Shown: positions 1-11,061, counted from the first letter of the stretch. The stretch is DNA of 64,000 bases from an uncultured Candidatus Saccharibacteria bacterium (GCA_964643895.1 CAZXUE010000001.1:17083-81082); one strand, 5' to 3'. Numbers and translations: made by a program. Notes: generated from the sequence alone by a model not told the origin.

Positions 1-75
1 GCTGTACTAAAACTGAATTGTACTTGCGGTCTGGTTGAATATTTCGAATCAGTGATTTGGTCTTTTTGCGCGGCA

Positions 76-489
76 TTATTTACCTGCTTTCTTGGCACCG
101 TACTTAGAACGGCCCTGTTTTCGATCGGCAACACCTTGAAGATCAAGGTTACCGCGAACAATGTGGTAGCGCACACCCGGAAGATCCGGCACACGTCCAC
201 CACGCACCAATACTACGGCGTGTTCTTGGAGGTTATGACCTTCACCGCCAATGTAAGCCCAAACTTCGTGACCGTTTGAAAGGCGCACACGAGCAACCTT
301 ACGGAGGGCTGAGTTCGGTTTGCGTGGGGTTTTAGTGGTTACTTTAATACAGACACCGCGTTTGAACGGGGCTGGCTTTTCGTAACTCTTTGCCTTGAGA
401 GTGTTATTCACCTTGCGTAGCGCAGCGGTTTTCACCTTGTTGCCGCTACTACTGCGAGGTTTTCGCACGAGTTGGTTGATTGTTGGCAT
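76..489 (-). CDS. rpsL: 30S ribosomal protein S12
   Basis: Translation [12 protein letters not shown]...KYGAKKAGK is a canonical S12. I trimmed the ORF to the internal ATG (cat at 487-489) that gives the conserved MPTINQL N-terminus. It follows rpoB-rpoC on the same strand, as in the conserved rpoBC-rpsL arrangement. Confidence 0.93.
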   Translation of the reverse strand: MPTINQLVRKPRSSSGNKVKTAALRKVNNTLKAKSYEKPAPFKRGVCIKVTTKTPRKPNSALRKVARVRLSNGHEVWAYIGGEGHNLQEHAVVLVRGGRVPDLPGVRYHIVRGNLDLQGVADRKQGRSKYGAKKAGK

Positions 490-744
490 GTATAAAAATT
501 CTCCGGAATTTCTATAGTGGAGAGTAATAAGTGAATGGTGATTAGTACTCAGCACTTCCTAATCACTTCTCACTTCTCACTGACCACCTTGTTAATATGT
601 GAAACTCTTCAGCTGATTGTAACAGTTTTTTGCTTAAGATGCAATCCAGCTCACTGTCGTCCTGAGCTTGTGGAAGGATCTACTCTCAGTTACTAGATCT
701 TTCGACTTCGCTCAAGATGACGATGAAACGATATTTTTACAGTC

Positions 745-3700
745 TTACAGAGCGACTTCTTCTTCGTGCAGGACACCGGTTCCTACTGGAATCTTACGAC
801 CGATGATGACGTTTTCTTTAAGGCCGTAGAGACGATCTACGCGACCACTGGTGGCAGCATTGATAAGCACGCGAGTTGTATCTTGGAACGAAGCGGCTGA
901 AAGGAAGCTATCACTCCAGGTAGAGACCTTGGCGATACCAAGTAATAATTGGCTAAATTCAGCAGGCTGCTTGCCTTCGGCGACGAGTTTGGCGTTCTCT
1001 TCAATCACTGCGGCTTTGCTAACGATGTCACCGGTTACAAACAAGGTGTCACCGCTGTCTTCAATCTGCACACGGCTAAACATCTGTCGAACGATGATCT
1101 CAAGATGTTGGTCAGCAAGATCTACACCTTGCTGCGCAAACATACCGAGGATCTCGTTAATAATGTAGCGCTGCGTTTCTTCAACACCGCGAAGGCGCAT
1201 CAGATCATGCAGATTCAGCGAACCGTTAGTAAGGCGATCACCAGCATTTACACTATCGCCATCTTGCACAACAATTACTTTCGTAGCTGGTATTTCGTAT
1301 TTAACCGGTGCAGTATGGTGAGCGGTTAAGATTGCGCTGGTCTTAGTAAACTCGACTGTTGCAGCAAATGGTGCCACAAGCGGTCGATCACCGTCCTTAT
1401 CGGAGGCAATAACATCACCCGCTAGAATCTCGGTTCCGCTCTTGATCTGTGGTTTGCGTTTTTCAAGCGGTAGCTCTTCAACCTTCGCATCAGTCGGGCT
1501 AATTTGGATGACATAGTGATTACCTTCTTCCCAAATATTCACCGTACCATCAAGTTCGCTCAAGAAAGCTTGTGAACGTGGTACGCGGGCCTCGAGAAGC
1601 TCTTCCACACGCGGCAGACCTTGTGTTACGTCTTCAGAAAGCGCAGCACCGGCAGTGTGCTTAGTACGCATAGTCAGCTGAGTGCCTGGCTCGCCAACAG
1701 ATTGGGCAGCAATAACACCAACTGGCTGGTGAGCTTTCACGATTTCACCAGTTGCCATATCGATACCGTAACTCTTCGGGCTAATACCGCGCAGGTTAGC
1801 GGCTGAAAGCACGCTTCTGATACGAACTTCCTGTAAATCACTGGCGTCAATCTGGTTGGCAACGTCTTCGGTAATGAGTTCGTTCGCAGCGACAACTGTT
1901 TTACCACCAACTTTAACGTCTTCTGCGGCAAAACGACCGCTTAAACGAACCCCGTAGTTCATACCGAGATTTTCGGTTTCAGAACGCTTCATAACCAGGC
2001 CTTTATCTTCGCCCTCTTCAGCAACGGTAAAGACATCTTGGGCTACATCTACCATACGACGGGTTAGATACCCGGAGTCGGCGGTACGAAGCGCAGTATC
2101 AATCAAACCCTTACGAGAACCACGGGTGTCAACGAAGTATTCAATCGGGGTGAGACCCTTTTTGTAGTTGTTTCTGATTGGCAGCTCAACTTCGCGACCA
2201 ACTGCGTCTACCACCAGACCCTTCATGCCAGATACCTGCTTGATTTGGCTCGTTGAACCACGGGCGCCAGAGATCATAGCAATGCTAATACCGGTATCAA
2301 CGTCGTTATATGCGTCAACCAGTTTAGCCTGAGCTTTTTCATCAACATCACGCCAGGTATTCACAGTAAGGCGGTAGCGTTCTTCTTCGGTAATCAAGCC
2401 TTGTTCGTACTGATCTGAAATAGCTGAGGCCTTTTCTTCACCAACCCCAATTAGCCCATCGAGCCCTTCGAGATCAATGTAGTCATCCATACCAGTTGAG
2501 ATACCAGCAAAGGTTGCGTAGCTAAAGCCGAGACGCTTGAGTTCATCGGCAATCTGGGCAGTGGCATCGTCACCGTACCGAGCAAACACGCGACCCATTA
2601 CGGCTATGAGCTTTTTCTTGCTCATTGCCTCATTTTGGAAGGCGAAGTCTTCAGGGAAGATTGCATTGAAGAGCAGGCGACCAACAGTTGTTTCAACAAT
2701 TTCACCACGGAAGTTGGTTCGGACACGACTTTGTAGCTTCAGTTTGTCTGCCTCAAGCGCCATAATTGCCTCGTCGAGGCTGGCAACCGGCGTCACAACA
2801 TCGGTCGTCACTCCTGGTTTTTCGTAGGTAAGGTAGTAGCAACCGAGTACGATATCTTGTTCGATATGCAGAATTGGTGAACCATCGGCAGGTTTCAGCA
2901 GGTTTTTGCTGGCTTGCATTAATTCACGTGCTTCTTTTTGAGCAATATCAGAAAGCGGCAAGTGCACAGCCATCTGGTCACCGTCGAAGTCGGCGTTAAA
3001 GCCTTTACACACGAGCGGGTGAAGCTGAATTGCCTTACCCTCAATTAATTTTGGCTTAAATGAAAGTATTGAAAGACGGTGCAACGTTGGAGCGCGGTTC
3101 AAAAGTACGTATTTACCTTGAATAACGTCATCAAGTGCATCCCAAATAACACTCTCGTTAGCTTCAATCAAACGAGTCGCACTCTTAATATTATGTGCGT
3201 ATTCGTGTTCCATGAGCCAGCCAATTACAAACGGCTTGAAGAGCTCAAGCGCCATAAGTTTTGGCAGACCACATTCGTCAATTTTAAGCTCTGGACCAGC
3301 CACAATAACGCTTCGTCCAGAGTAGTCAACGCGCTTACCGAGCAGGTTCTGACGGAAGCGACCCTGCTTACCCTTTAGTTGATCGCTCAGCGACTTCAGA
3401 CGTCTACGGCCGCCAGTTGCACTGACAGCGCGGCCCGAACGAGCGGCTGAGTTATCAATTAATGCATCGACAGCCTCTTGCAGCATGCGCTGCTCGTTAC
3501 GGCGAATTACCTCAGGAGCGTTCAGATCCATCAGCTTCTTCAAACGGTTATTGCGATTGATAACCCGACGATAGAGGTCATTCATGTCTGATGTAGCAAA
3601 CCGGCCACCAGTGAGTTGCACCATCGGACGTAGATCTGGAGGAATCACGGGCAGAATACTCACGCACATACTACCAGGATCAATTCCGGCGTTTTGCATA

Positions 3701-4545
3701 CCCTCGAGCATCTTGAGGCGCTTCATAAGCTTCTTTTTACGCTGGCCTTTGGCACCTTCAACTTCTTCGCCAAGTTCAGCGATCAGCGTATCAAGCTTGA
3801 TCTCATCAAGCATCTTCTGCAAGGCCATGCCGCCCATACCGACTTCAGCGATGTCTTGATACTCATCCGGCATGGCTCGGTAATCTGTTTCAGAGATAAG
3901 ACCACTCTTAGAAAGTGATTCTAGCTGCTGTTTTTTGGTAAGGTACTGATTGGTTACTTCGTCGATTTCTTTACTTTGAGCTTCGGCCAAAGCCTTTACG
4001 TCGGCGCCTTCAGCCTCAGCCTCTTTTTCAAAGCGGGTTTTAATGGCGACTTTCGCTGCCTCAAGCTCAGCTTCCGCGTCTGCCAGAAGCTGCTCCTTCT
4101 TCTGCTCGTCCACATTAATAATGACGTACGAAGCAAAGTAAACAATACGCTCTAAGTTTTTCACAGTAATATTAAGCAGCAAGCCAATAGGGCTTGGTGT
4201 ACCTCGGAGGAACCAAATGTGTGCCACCGGAGCAGCCAGGCCAATGTGGCCCATACGTTCACGTCGGACAATTGACTTAGTGACAAGTTCGCCGTTCTTG
4301 TCAACTGCTGCTTCTCGCGAACGTACACCTTTGTATTTTGCGTCATGCGGATTAATGTCTTTAACTGGACCAAAGATGCGTTCGCAGAATAAGCCGTCGC
4401 GTTCTGGCTTTTGCGTACGGTAGTTGATGGTTTCCGGTTTTGTTACCTCACCGTAGCTCCAATCGAGAATGTCGCTGGGGCTGGCAACTACCAGTCGAAC
4501 AGCATCAAAATCGGTCATTGTAGTGGTAAATAGACCTGGTCTCAT
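745..4545 (-). CDS. rpoC: DNA-directed RNA polymerase subunit beta'
   Basis: 1266-1295 aa with conserved NADFDGD, the [23 protein letters not shown] N-terminal region and a C-terminal clamp. I chose the start at 4545 because GGAGGAGG (the last rpoB codons) lies 6 nt upstream of that ATG. Alternative ATGs are at 4518 and 4632. Confidence 0.95.
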   Translation of the reverse strand: MRPGLFTTTMTDFDAVRLVVASPSDILDWSYGEVTKPETINYRTQKPERDGLFCERIFGPVKDINPHDAKYKGVRSREAAVDKNGELVTKSIVRRERMGHIGLAAPVAHIWFLRGTPSPIGLLLNITVKNLERIVYFASYVIINVDEQKKEQLLADAEAELEAAKVAIKTRFEKEAEAEGADVKALAEAQSKEIDEVTNQYLTKKQQLESLSKSGLISETDYRAMPDEYQDIAEVGMGGMALQKMLDEIKLDTLIAELGEEVEGAKGQRKKKLMKRLKMLEGMQNAGIDPGSMCVSILPVIPPDLRPMVQLTGGRFATSDMNDLYRRVINRNNRLKKLMDLNAPEVIRRNEQRMLQEAVDALIDNSAARSGRAVSATGGRRRLKSLSDQLKGKQGRFRQNLLGKRVDYSGRSVIVAGPELKIDECGLPKLMALELFKPFVIGWLMEHEYAHNIKSATRLIEANESVIWDALDDVIQGKYVLLNRAPTLHRLSILSFKPKLIEGKAIQLHPLVCKGFNADFDGDQMAVHLPLSDIAQKEARELMQASKNLLKPADGSPILHIEQDIVLGCYYLTYEKPGVTTDVVTPVASLDEAIMALEADKLKLQSRVRTNFRGEIVETTVGRLLFNAIFPEDFAFQNEAMSKKKLIAVMGRVFARYGDDATAQIADELKRLGFSYATFAGISTGMDDYIDLEGLDGLIGVGEEKASAISDQYEQGLITEEERYRLTVNTWRDVDEKAQAKLVDAYNDVDTGISIAMISGARGSTSQIKQVSGMKGLVVDAVGREVELPIRNNYKKGLTPIEYFVDTRGSRKGLIDTALRTADSGYLTRRMVDVAQDVFTVAEEGEDKGLVMKRSETENLGMNYGVRLSGRFAAEDVKVGGKTVVAANELITEDVANQIDASDLQEVRIRSVLSAANLRGISPKSYGIDMATGEIVKAHQPVGVIAAQSVGEPGTQLTMRTKHTAGAALSEDVTQGLPRVEELLEARVPRSQAFLSELDGTVNIWEEGNHYVIQISPTDAKVEELPLEKRKPQIKSGTEILAGDVIASDKDGDRPLVAPFAATVEFTKTSAILTAHHTAPVKYEIPATKVIVVQDGDSVNAGDRLTNGSLNLHDLMRLRGVEETQRYIINEILGMFAQQGVDLADQHLEIIVRQMFSRVQIEDSGDTLFVTGDIVSKAAVIEENAKLVAEGKQPAEFSQLLLGIAKVSTWSDSFLSAASFQDTTRVLINAATSGRVDRLYGLKENVIIGRKIPVGTGVLHEEEVAL

Positions 4546-4546
4546 A

Positions 4547-7500
4547 TTACGCCTCCTCCTCTGTCTCGGGCGTGGCCACGAGATCGTCATCATCTTGATT
4601 ATCGTCAGTTGCAAGTGGGTCATTAGTCGCACTATCAGAGGTGCCTATGTCATCAAGTACTTCAAATTCACTAGCTACCATTTCTTCAGTCACATCCATC
4701 GGCGTTGCCTCGGCTGTTACTTCTGGTAGATTTTCAGCTTCTTCAGCAACGGTCGCTTCAAGCACTTCCTCAGCGTCAACTTCAATACCGTTTTCATTGA
4801 TTAAATCAACTCTCAGGCTTAAGCCTTGGAGCTCTTTCACAAGTACGTTAAAGCTTTCTGGAATTTTTGGTCCCACAATTGGTTCTTGCTTGATGATGCT
4901 TTCATAGGCTTTTGAACGGCCGTAGACGTCATCAGACTTCAGCGTCAGCATTTCTTGCAAAGTATTGGCAGCGCCGTAGGCTTCGAGTGCCCATACTTCC
5001 ATCTCTCCAAAACGTTGACCACCATTTTGAGCCTTACCACCAAGCGGCTGCTGGGTAACCATCGTGTATGGCCCGATACTTCGAGCATGAATTTTATCAG
5101 CGACCATGTGGTGCAGCTTGATAATGTGCATTACACCGACTGAAACACGTTCTTTAAAGTATTCACCAGTTCGGCCGTCAATTAACGACTGTTTGCCATC
5201 TTCAGGTAAACCAGCCTTCTTGAGTTCGGCCTTAATAGCATCGACTGGTACACCATTAAAGGCCGGGGTTGCAACCTTGTATCCAAGTGCACGCGCTGCC
5301 ATACCAATGTGAGTTTCAAACAGCTGACCGATGTTCATACGTGATGGCACACCAAGCGGGTTAAGCACGATATCAACAGGCGTACCGTCTTCCATAAATG
5401 GCATATCTTCTTCTGGCATAATGCGGGCGATGACACCCTTGTTACCATGCCGCCCCGCCAACTTATCACCAACCGCAATCTTACGCATTTGTGCAACAAA
5501 CACCTGAACCTGCATTAACACGCCTGCTTTAAGATCGTGACCGTTCGCGCGGCTGAAGATCTTTACGCCAACAACCTTGCCGTGCTTACCGTTACTCATA
5601 CGCTGAGAGGTATCACGAACGTCCTTGGCTTTTTCACCAAAAATTGCGCGAAGTAGACGCTCTTCCGAACTTAGCTCTTGCTCACCCTTTGGCGTAATTT
5701 TACCAACAAGGATATCGCCAGCTTTCACTTCTGCGCCAATGCGAACCACACCATTTTCATCGAGATGACGCAGACTTTCTTCAGACACATTTGGAATATC
5801 GCGAGTAACGATCTCAGGGCCAAGCTTAGTTTCTCGCACCTCAACCATGTAGTCGGTAATGTGGACAGATGTTAGTTCGTCATCTTCTACCAGCCGTCGA
5901 GAGATAACAATAGAATCTTCAAAGTTATAACCATTCCATGGCATAAATGCCACCACTAGGTCTTTACCGAGTGCGAGTTCACCATCTTCCACACTCATAC
6001 CCTCAATTATTACGTCGCCAGCCTTCACTTCGTCACCAGTGCTAACAACAACTTTTTGGTTCATGCTTGAACCTTCGTTTGTGCGAACAAAATGCTGTAG
6101 TTTGTAAGTTTTAGAGGTCTTCTCGTATTTCACGATAACCTCATTGCCATCAGCCTTCGTCACCTTACCGGTACTTTCAGCATAAATAACCTGGCCGCTA
6201 TTGGCTGCCACAATGGCTTCCATACCCGTGCCAACCACTGGGGCTTTGGTTTTAATCAGCGGAACAGCTTGTTTTTGTTGGTTTGAGGCGATGAGGGCAC
6301 GACCCACGGCATCCTTTTCGGCAAATGGAATGAGTGATGCAGTTGAACCCAAAATTTGGTTACGTGCAGCATCCATGTGAGTTACTAATTCGGCGTCAAC
6401 CTCTTCAGGCTGCAGTTTCACACGAGCCGAAACACGTTCGTCTTCAAAGGTGCCGTCAGCTGTAAGCTCAAGACCAGCTGACGCAATAACAGCCCGTTTT
6501 TCTTCATCAGCATCAAGATACACAACCTCTTTGGTAACTTTACCGTTTTTTACCACGCGGTAAGGGGTTTCAATGAATCCGTAATCATTAACACGAGCAT
6601 GCGAACCCAGGTTGAGCACCAAGCCAATGTTGGCGCCTTCAGGCGTCTCTACCGTACAAAGACGGCCATAGTGAGTAGCATGCGCATCGCGCACTTCAAA
6701 GCCAGCACGTTCGCGCGAAAGACCACCAGGACCCATCGAACTCAAACGGCGCTTGTGAGCAAGTTCTGAAAGTGGATTAGTTTGATCCATAAATTGTGAA
6801 AGCTGTGATGAAGCGAAGAACTCGCGAACCGCAGCTACAATTGGACGTGCGTTAATTAGTTGCGCTGGGGTTACCGTTTCAATTTCAGACATACTCATGC
6901 GGTCTTTGGCGTTGCGCTCCATTCGCAGGAGACCAATACGGAATTGGCGCTGTACGAGCTCGCCAACCAACTTCACCCGGCGATTTGCAAGGCTATCAAT
7001 ATCATCTGGTGCTTCTTGTGTGTTGTTCAGGCGAATAATTTCTTTCACAATGGCAACTAAATCGTCGAGGCGCATAACGCGGTTTTCGGCCACGTTCGCA
7101 ACATCGATATCAAGCCGCTTATTCATCTTGTAACGGCCAACACGGGAAAGATCAAAGCGTTTAAAGTTAAAGAATACATTTTCAATCAGGCTGCGGGCGT
7201 TATCAACAGTTGCAAGATCGCCAGGGCGGATACGGCGATACACCTCAATCAGCGCATCACTGTTGCCTTTACTTGGGTCTTTTGCCAGTGTTGCTTCAAG
7301 GTAACTGACCTCACCATTATCAACATCCTTAAAGAGCTCTTTTAGCTGCGCATTTTGCGAGTACCCGAGCGCACGAAGTAGTGTGGTAACAGGAAGCTTA
7401 CGGCGGCGGTCAATTTTTACATAAATTGCACCGTTGGCCGCTGTTTCAAACTCTAACCACGCACCACGGCCGGGGATCAGCTTGGCGCCGTATACATTCC

Positions 7501-7978
7501 GGCCACCGCTTGTCTCTGCTGTAAAGAATATGCCTGGGCTACGGATCAGCTGGCTGACAACCACGCGTTCAGCACCGTTGATCACAAATGTACCTCGAGA
7601 AGTCATCCATGGGTAATCACCAAGGTAGATCTCTTGTTCTTTAACTTCACCGGTAACTTTATTGGTAAGTTCCAGGTTTGCGTAGAGTGGAGCCTCAAAG
7701 CTCACGTTGTTTTCGCGAGCCGTCAGCTCATCCATCTTTGGATCACCAAAGTGATATTCTTTAAACCGTAGTTCAATCTTAGTACCCGTATAGTCTTCAA
7801 TCGGGTTAATTTCAGCGAAGATCTCACCGAGGCCCTCTTGTACAAACGTCTGAAACGATTTTGTTTGATGCTCAATCAAATTAGGAATAGTTAGTGCGTC
7901 GTCAGTTTTTGTAAAGTAGACTCGCTTGCCTGATGCTGTGTTGTCAGTTTTGGTTTTGCTTGTGTGCGTGGTCGCCAT
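4547..7978 (-). CDS. rpoB: DNA-directed RNA polymerase subunit beta
   Basis: 1143 aa covering the rifampicin region and the catalytic fork motifs. AAGGAG lies 9 nt upstream of the ATG. An unusual ~75-aa strongly acidic C-terminal tail (…DDNQDDDDLVATPETEEEA) is present. Confidence 0.96.
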   Translation of the reverse strand: MATTHTSKTKTDNTASGKRVYFTKTDDALTIPNLIEHQTKSFQTFVQEGLGEIFAEINPIEDYTGTKIELRFKEYHFGDPKMDELTARENNVSFEAPLYANLELTNKVTGEVKEQEIYLGDYPWMTSRGTFVINGAERVVVSQLIRSPGIFFTAETSGGRNVYGAKLIPGRGAWLEFETAANGAIYVKIDRRRKLPVTTLLRALGYSQNAQLKELFKDVDNGEVSYLEATLAKDPSKGNSDALIEVYRRIRPGDLATVDNARSLIENVFFNFKRFDLSRVGRYKMNKRLDIDVANVAENRVMRLDDLVAIVKEIIRLNNTQEAPDDIDSLANRRVKLVGELVQRQFRIGLLRMERNAKDRMSMSEIETVTPAQLINARPIVAAVREFFASSQLSQFMDQTNPLSELAHKRRLSSMGPGGLSRERAGFEVRDAHATHYGRLCTVETPEGANIGLVLNLGSHARVNDYGFIETPYRVVKNGKVTKEVVYLDADEEKRAVIASAGLELTADGTFEDERVSARVKLQPEEVDAELVTHMDAARNQILGSTASLIPFAEKDAVGRALIASNQQKQAVPLIKTKAPVVGTGMEAIVAANSGQVIYAESTGKVTKADGNEVIVKYEKTSKTYKLQHFVRTNEGSSMNQKVVVSTGDEVKAGDVIIEGMSVEDGELALGKDLVVAFMPWNGYNFEDSIVISRRLVEDDELTSVHITDYMVEVRETKLGPEIVTRDIPNVSEESLRHLDENGVVRIGAEVKAGDILVGKITPKGEQELSSEERLLRAIFGEKAKDVRDTSQRMSNGKHGKVVGVKIFSRANGHDLKAGVLMQVQVFVAQMRKIAVGDKLAGRHGNKGVIARIMPEEDMPFMEDGTPVDIVLNPLGVPSRMNIGQLFETHIGMAARALGYKVATPAFNGVPVDAIKAELKKAGLPEDGKQSLIDGRTGEYFKERVSVGVMHIIKLHHMVADKIHARSIGPYTMVTQQPLGGKAQNGGQRFGEMEVWALEAYGAANTLQEMLTLKSDDVYGRSKAYESIIKQEPIVGPKIPESFNVLVKELQGLSLRVDLINENGIEVDAEEVLEATVAEEAENLPEVTAEATPMDVTEEMVASEFEVLDDIGTSDSATNDPLATDDNQDDDDLVATPETEEEA

Positions 7979-8324
7979 AAACAGCCTGCTCCTTAGGTTA
8001 GCGACGTGATCTTATCTGATTACACTACAATAGAACCCTGGTGTTGCCAGAGTGTCTAACCCTACACGTTAATTTGTACGAGTGAGTGTGAGTCTAATCA
8101 AAACGTGATCGCGCCGTTTCTTGTTTGATTAAAATTAGTGATCTTTTAAGAAGTCACCCTAAGCCGGTTACAATCTAAAAACTAGATTGATGATTTACTA
8201 CCGTGCACCAACAGTAAATCAAGGGCTTTACTACCTCTATGCTCTCCATTCTGAACCCTCTGCAACCAATTGTCAAGCAGCTTGTGTAACTAAATCTTAG
8301 GTCGACACTGCAAGCAGTGGCAGT

Positions 8325-8909
8325 TTACTTAATTGGTTTTGTGACGATTTTGTCTACCAACCCGTACTTCACGGCTTCGTCTGCGGTAATCCAAAAATCT
8401 CGCTCCATGTCCTCATGGATTTTCTTTATGGTTTGGCCAGTGTTTTTAGCCATAATTGCTTCAAGAAGGCGTTTTACTCGAAGCGATTCTCTCAGATCAA
8501 TTTCTTGGTCAGTTACCTTGCCGCGAGTGCCGCTGGAAGGCTGATGTATCATCACCGTCGCGTTTGGAAGTAAAAACCGTTTACTTTTTGCGCCGGAACT
8601 GAGGAGAAAGGCCGCCGCCGAAGCCTGCACGCCAATACCAAAGGTTTGCACATCGTTACCGATGAACTGCATAGTGTCATATATCGCCAAAGCGTCGTAC
8701 ACACTACCACCCGGGCTGTTAATGTAAAGATAGATGTCTTTTTTTGGATCTTCACTTTGCAGAAATAGCAGCTGAGCAACAATCAAGCCAGCGGTGTGTT
8801 CATTAACCTCATCGTGTAGAAAGATAATTCGTTCTCTAAGAAGCCGACTATAGATATCAAAGGCGCGTTCGCCTTGACCGGATGGTTCAATTACGGTTGG
8901 AATTAACAT
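8325..8909 (-). CDS. clpP: ATP-dependent Clp protease proteolytic subunit
   Basis: [25 protein letters not shown]-terminus. The Ser-His-Asp triad context is intact ([26 protein letters not shown]). Confidence 0.95.
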   Translation of the reverse strand: MLIPTVIEPSGQGERAFDIYSRLLRERIIFLHDEVNEHTAGLIVAQLLFLQSEDPKKDIYLYINSPGGSVYDALAIYDTMQFIGNDVQTFGIGVQASAAAFLLSSGAKSKRFLLPNATVMIHQPSSGTRGKVTDQEIDLRESLRVKRLLEAIMAKNTGQTIKKIHEDMERDFWITADEAVKYGLVDKIVTKPIK

Positions 8910-8926
8910 ACTGTAATACTAGCAAT

Positions 8927-8953
8927 TTAGCACTCAAAACACAAGAGTGCTAA
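8927..8953. promoter_or_regulatory. CIRCE (HrcA operator) inverted repeat upstream of clpP
   Basis: ttagcactc-aaaacacaa-gagtgctaa is a perfect match to the CIRCE consensus TTAGCACTC-N9-GAGTGCTAA. It ends 17 nt upstream of the clpP ATG. Confidence 0.8.
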
Positions 8954-8995
8954 ACACTATTGTTTAATCTTGACTGTTGTGATATAATAAAAAGT

Positions 8996-9391
8996 ATGGA
9001 TACATCGCAGGCCATGAAGCGTAAGGTGGTTGAGCTGACCTTTTCGCGTGATTTTGAAGCGCTACTATTAGCGCACCCCACTCCTCATACCTCGTTGACA
9101 CACGACCTTGAGTTGGCAATTGAGCGTGGCCTCGAACGTCTAACCGAGCTTGAAGATGTACGAGAGTTGCAGCATCAGACCCTTATCTCCCATTTAGTAA
9201 CGCAAACCAACAGGTATCGAACCATGGAAAGCGATTATTTTAATCATTGGAAGATCGCACTTTCAGAAGATTTGCTTGATGAGGTTGATTTGCTTTTTTT
9301 AAGCCATAGTAAAGATCTTGTTCAGCTTGGTTTGTTCGCCGAAACCACCGCTGCCGTTTTACTGCTGCTCGCTGTTGCTGGATTGCGGTAA
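8996..9391 (+). CDS. hypothetical protein (possible C-terminal TM helix)
   Basis: 131-aa ORF from the first ATG. It has no Shine-Dalgarno (SD) sequence. It lies opposite the tig-clpP orientation and converges and overlaps with the 9359-9598 ORF. Its coding status is uncertain. Confidence 0.25.
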   Translation: MDTSQAMKRKVVELTFSRDFEALLLAHPTPHTSLTHDLELAIERGLERLTELEDVRELQHQTLISHLVTQTNRYRTMESDYFNHWKIALSEDLLDEVDLLFLSHSKDLVQLGLFAETTAAVLLLLAVAGLR

Positions 9392-9598
9392 GCTGCCGCG
9401 AATTGGCCACAACGCAGTTACAAGCGCTGCTAGCGCAAAACCTCCAGACAAAGCATTTCTGCCAAGTTCGGAGATGGTGGGGTCGTATCGTACTGCAGCA
9501 CTGCAGCCTAACTCTACTGCTACATTACATACCCTTTGAGCTCTTTTTGCACCTACAAGATCTGCAGCGCCTTCTCTAATCATCTCACGGAGTGCCAC
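9359..9598 (-). CDS. small hypothetical protein (79 aa, C-terminal hydrophobic segment)
   Basis: A GTG start lies 8 nt after the tig stop, with AGGAG 7 nt upstream. That placement suggests co-transcription with tig. No recognisable family. Confidence 0.4.
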   Translation of the reverse strand: MALREMIREGAADLVGAKRAQRVCNVAVELGCSAAVRYDPTISELGRNALSGGFALAALVTALWPIRGSLPQSSNSEQQ

Positions 9599-9606
9599 TT
9601 GAGCTC

Positions 9607-10893
9607 CTACTGCGCACCGATTGCTAACGAATAAAGTTTGTCGACAGTCCTTTCAGTAAGCAGTCTTGATGCTACCTCGCGGCGCATCTCGGGGCTGTCA
9701 AACTGCGCGGCCGATTGCTGATATTGCTGTTTGTAAAGCTCAACTCTCTGAGTAAGTTCGGCCTCGTCAACCGAGAGCTTTTCCTTCTCGGCTACTTCAG
9801 CCAGTACCATACCAACTGAAACTCGGCGCTCGGCTTGCTCTTTAAGCTCTTTAGCCTTCCACTCCTCCTCATCCTTGAAGCCAGCTTGCTTTATATATTC
9901 AGATTTCGTAATACCCCGGTACATCAAGTTTTGGTTAAAATCATGCTCAAGCATGGCGATCTGATCATTCACCAACACTTCCGGCAGTGGAAACTTCGAT
10001 TTTTTAACCAGCTCCTCGACAATCTCGTCCTTTACTTTGTTCACCGCCTCAACCTCTTTTTGTTCCAGAAGCTGAGCCTTAACGTCTTTCTTCAGATCTT
10101 CAAGTGTTTTAAACGGCCCAACGCTCGCTGCAAATGCATCATCAAGTAGAGGCAAGGTTGAAACCTGCACCTTCTTCACTGTTACCGCGAAGGAGATGTC
10201 AGTTCCGGCAAGATTTTTGGCATGATAGTCTTTTGGAAAAGTGAGCTTTAGCTCTTTTTTGTCGCCTTTTTTAACACCAACCAGACCTTCTTCGAAACCG
10301 GGTATAAAACTCTTACTACCAAGATTAAGCGTGTAATCTGTGCCACTCGCGCCCGCAACTTTGTTACCATTGCCATCCTTTCCTTCGAAGTCAATAATAA
10401 CGTCATCACCATTCTTAGCTGGCTTATCGCTGTCTTCTTTCACCGCACTACGACTGACCAGATTTTTAAGTACATCCTCAATCTCTTTAGCGGTTACCGT
10501 CACCTTTGGTGCCGTTTTTTTAATTTTGGAATAATCGGCCAATTTTACTGCTGGCATAATCTCCACTTCGGCCGTAAATTCCAGTTCGGTATACGGTACA
10601 AAATTACCGACACCGACTTCTGGTTGGCTAAGCGTCCGAAGCCCTTGTTCTTCCAGCGCCTTACCGTAAAAATCATTGATCGCGTGGTTAATCACGCTCG
10701 CTTGCAGCTGATTTTGATCAAGCTGCTTTTCAACAACACTCAGCGGCGCCTTGCCGGGTCGGAACCCTGCGACCTTGGTTTTCTTGGCTTGCTCTTCAAG
10801 CTCATGCTGCTTGGCATGCATGAGCTCCTCAAGGCCTAGGCTGATACTTAGTTTTACTTTTGTCTCTGAAATGTCATTACGTGATACTTGCAT
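9607..10893 (-). CDS. tig: trigger factor
   Basis: 428 aa with the ribosome-binding N-domain motif GFRPGKAP, an FKBP-like middle domain and a C-terminal chaperone domain. It is upstream of clpP, the classic tig-clpP neighbourhood. Confidence 0.93.
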   Translation of the reverse strand: MQVSRNDISETKVKLSISLGLEELMHAKQHELEEQAKKTKVAGFRPGKAPLSVVEKQLDQNQLQASVINHAINDFYGKALEEQGLRTLSQPEVGVGNFVPYTELEFTAEVEIMPAVKLADYSKIKKTAPKVTVTAKEIEDVLKNLVSRSAVKEDSDKPAKNGDDVIIDFEGKDGNGNKVAGASGTDYTLNLGSKSFIPGFEEGLVGVKKGDKKELKLTFPKDYHAKNLAGTDISFAVTVKKVQVSTLPLLDDAFAASVGPFKTLEDLKKDVKAQLLEQKEVEAVNKVKDEIVEELVKKSKFPLPEVLVNDQIAMLEHDFNQNLMYRGITKSEYIKQAGFKDEEEWKAKELKEQAERRVSVGMVLAEVAEKEKLSVDEAELTQRVELYKQQYQQSAAQFDSPEMRREVASRLLTERTVDKLYSLAIGAQ

Positions 10894-11061
10894 AACTTGC
10901 CATTATGCCATAACAGATCACATATTACCACTCTTGCTAGAGATTCTCTAAAGGGACGCCCGTTTTTTCTGAAACCTTACGCGCCCACGCGAGCAGTTTC
11001 TCAAATTGACCGTCGCGCCAACATCTCTGTCTCGTGATCATCAAGTCGCATTGCAAACTTA

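Noticed and set aside
851-7616. Numerous 60-130-aa ORFs inside and antisense to rpoC and rpoB
   Set aside because: They are embedded in the highly conserved RNA polymerase genes, so they are shadow ORFs.
8970-8988. TTGACT … TATAAT promoter for the 8996 ORF
   Set aside because: The hexamers are only 7 nt apart, which is incompatible with sigma70 spacing.
10940-10965. Terminator-like gggacgcccg + T6 between hisS and tig
   Set aside because: The stem is only ~3 bp and the T-run is on the strand opposite to the flanking genes.
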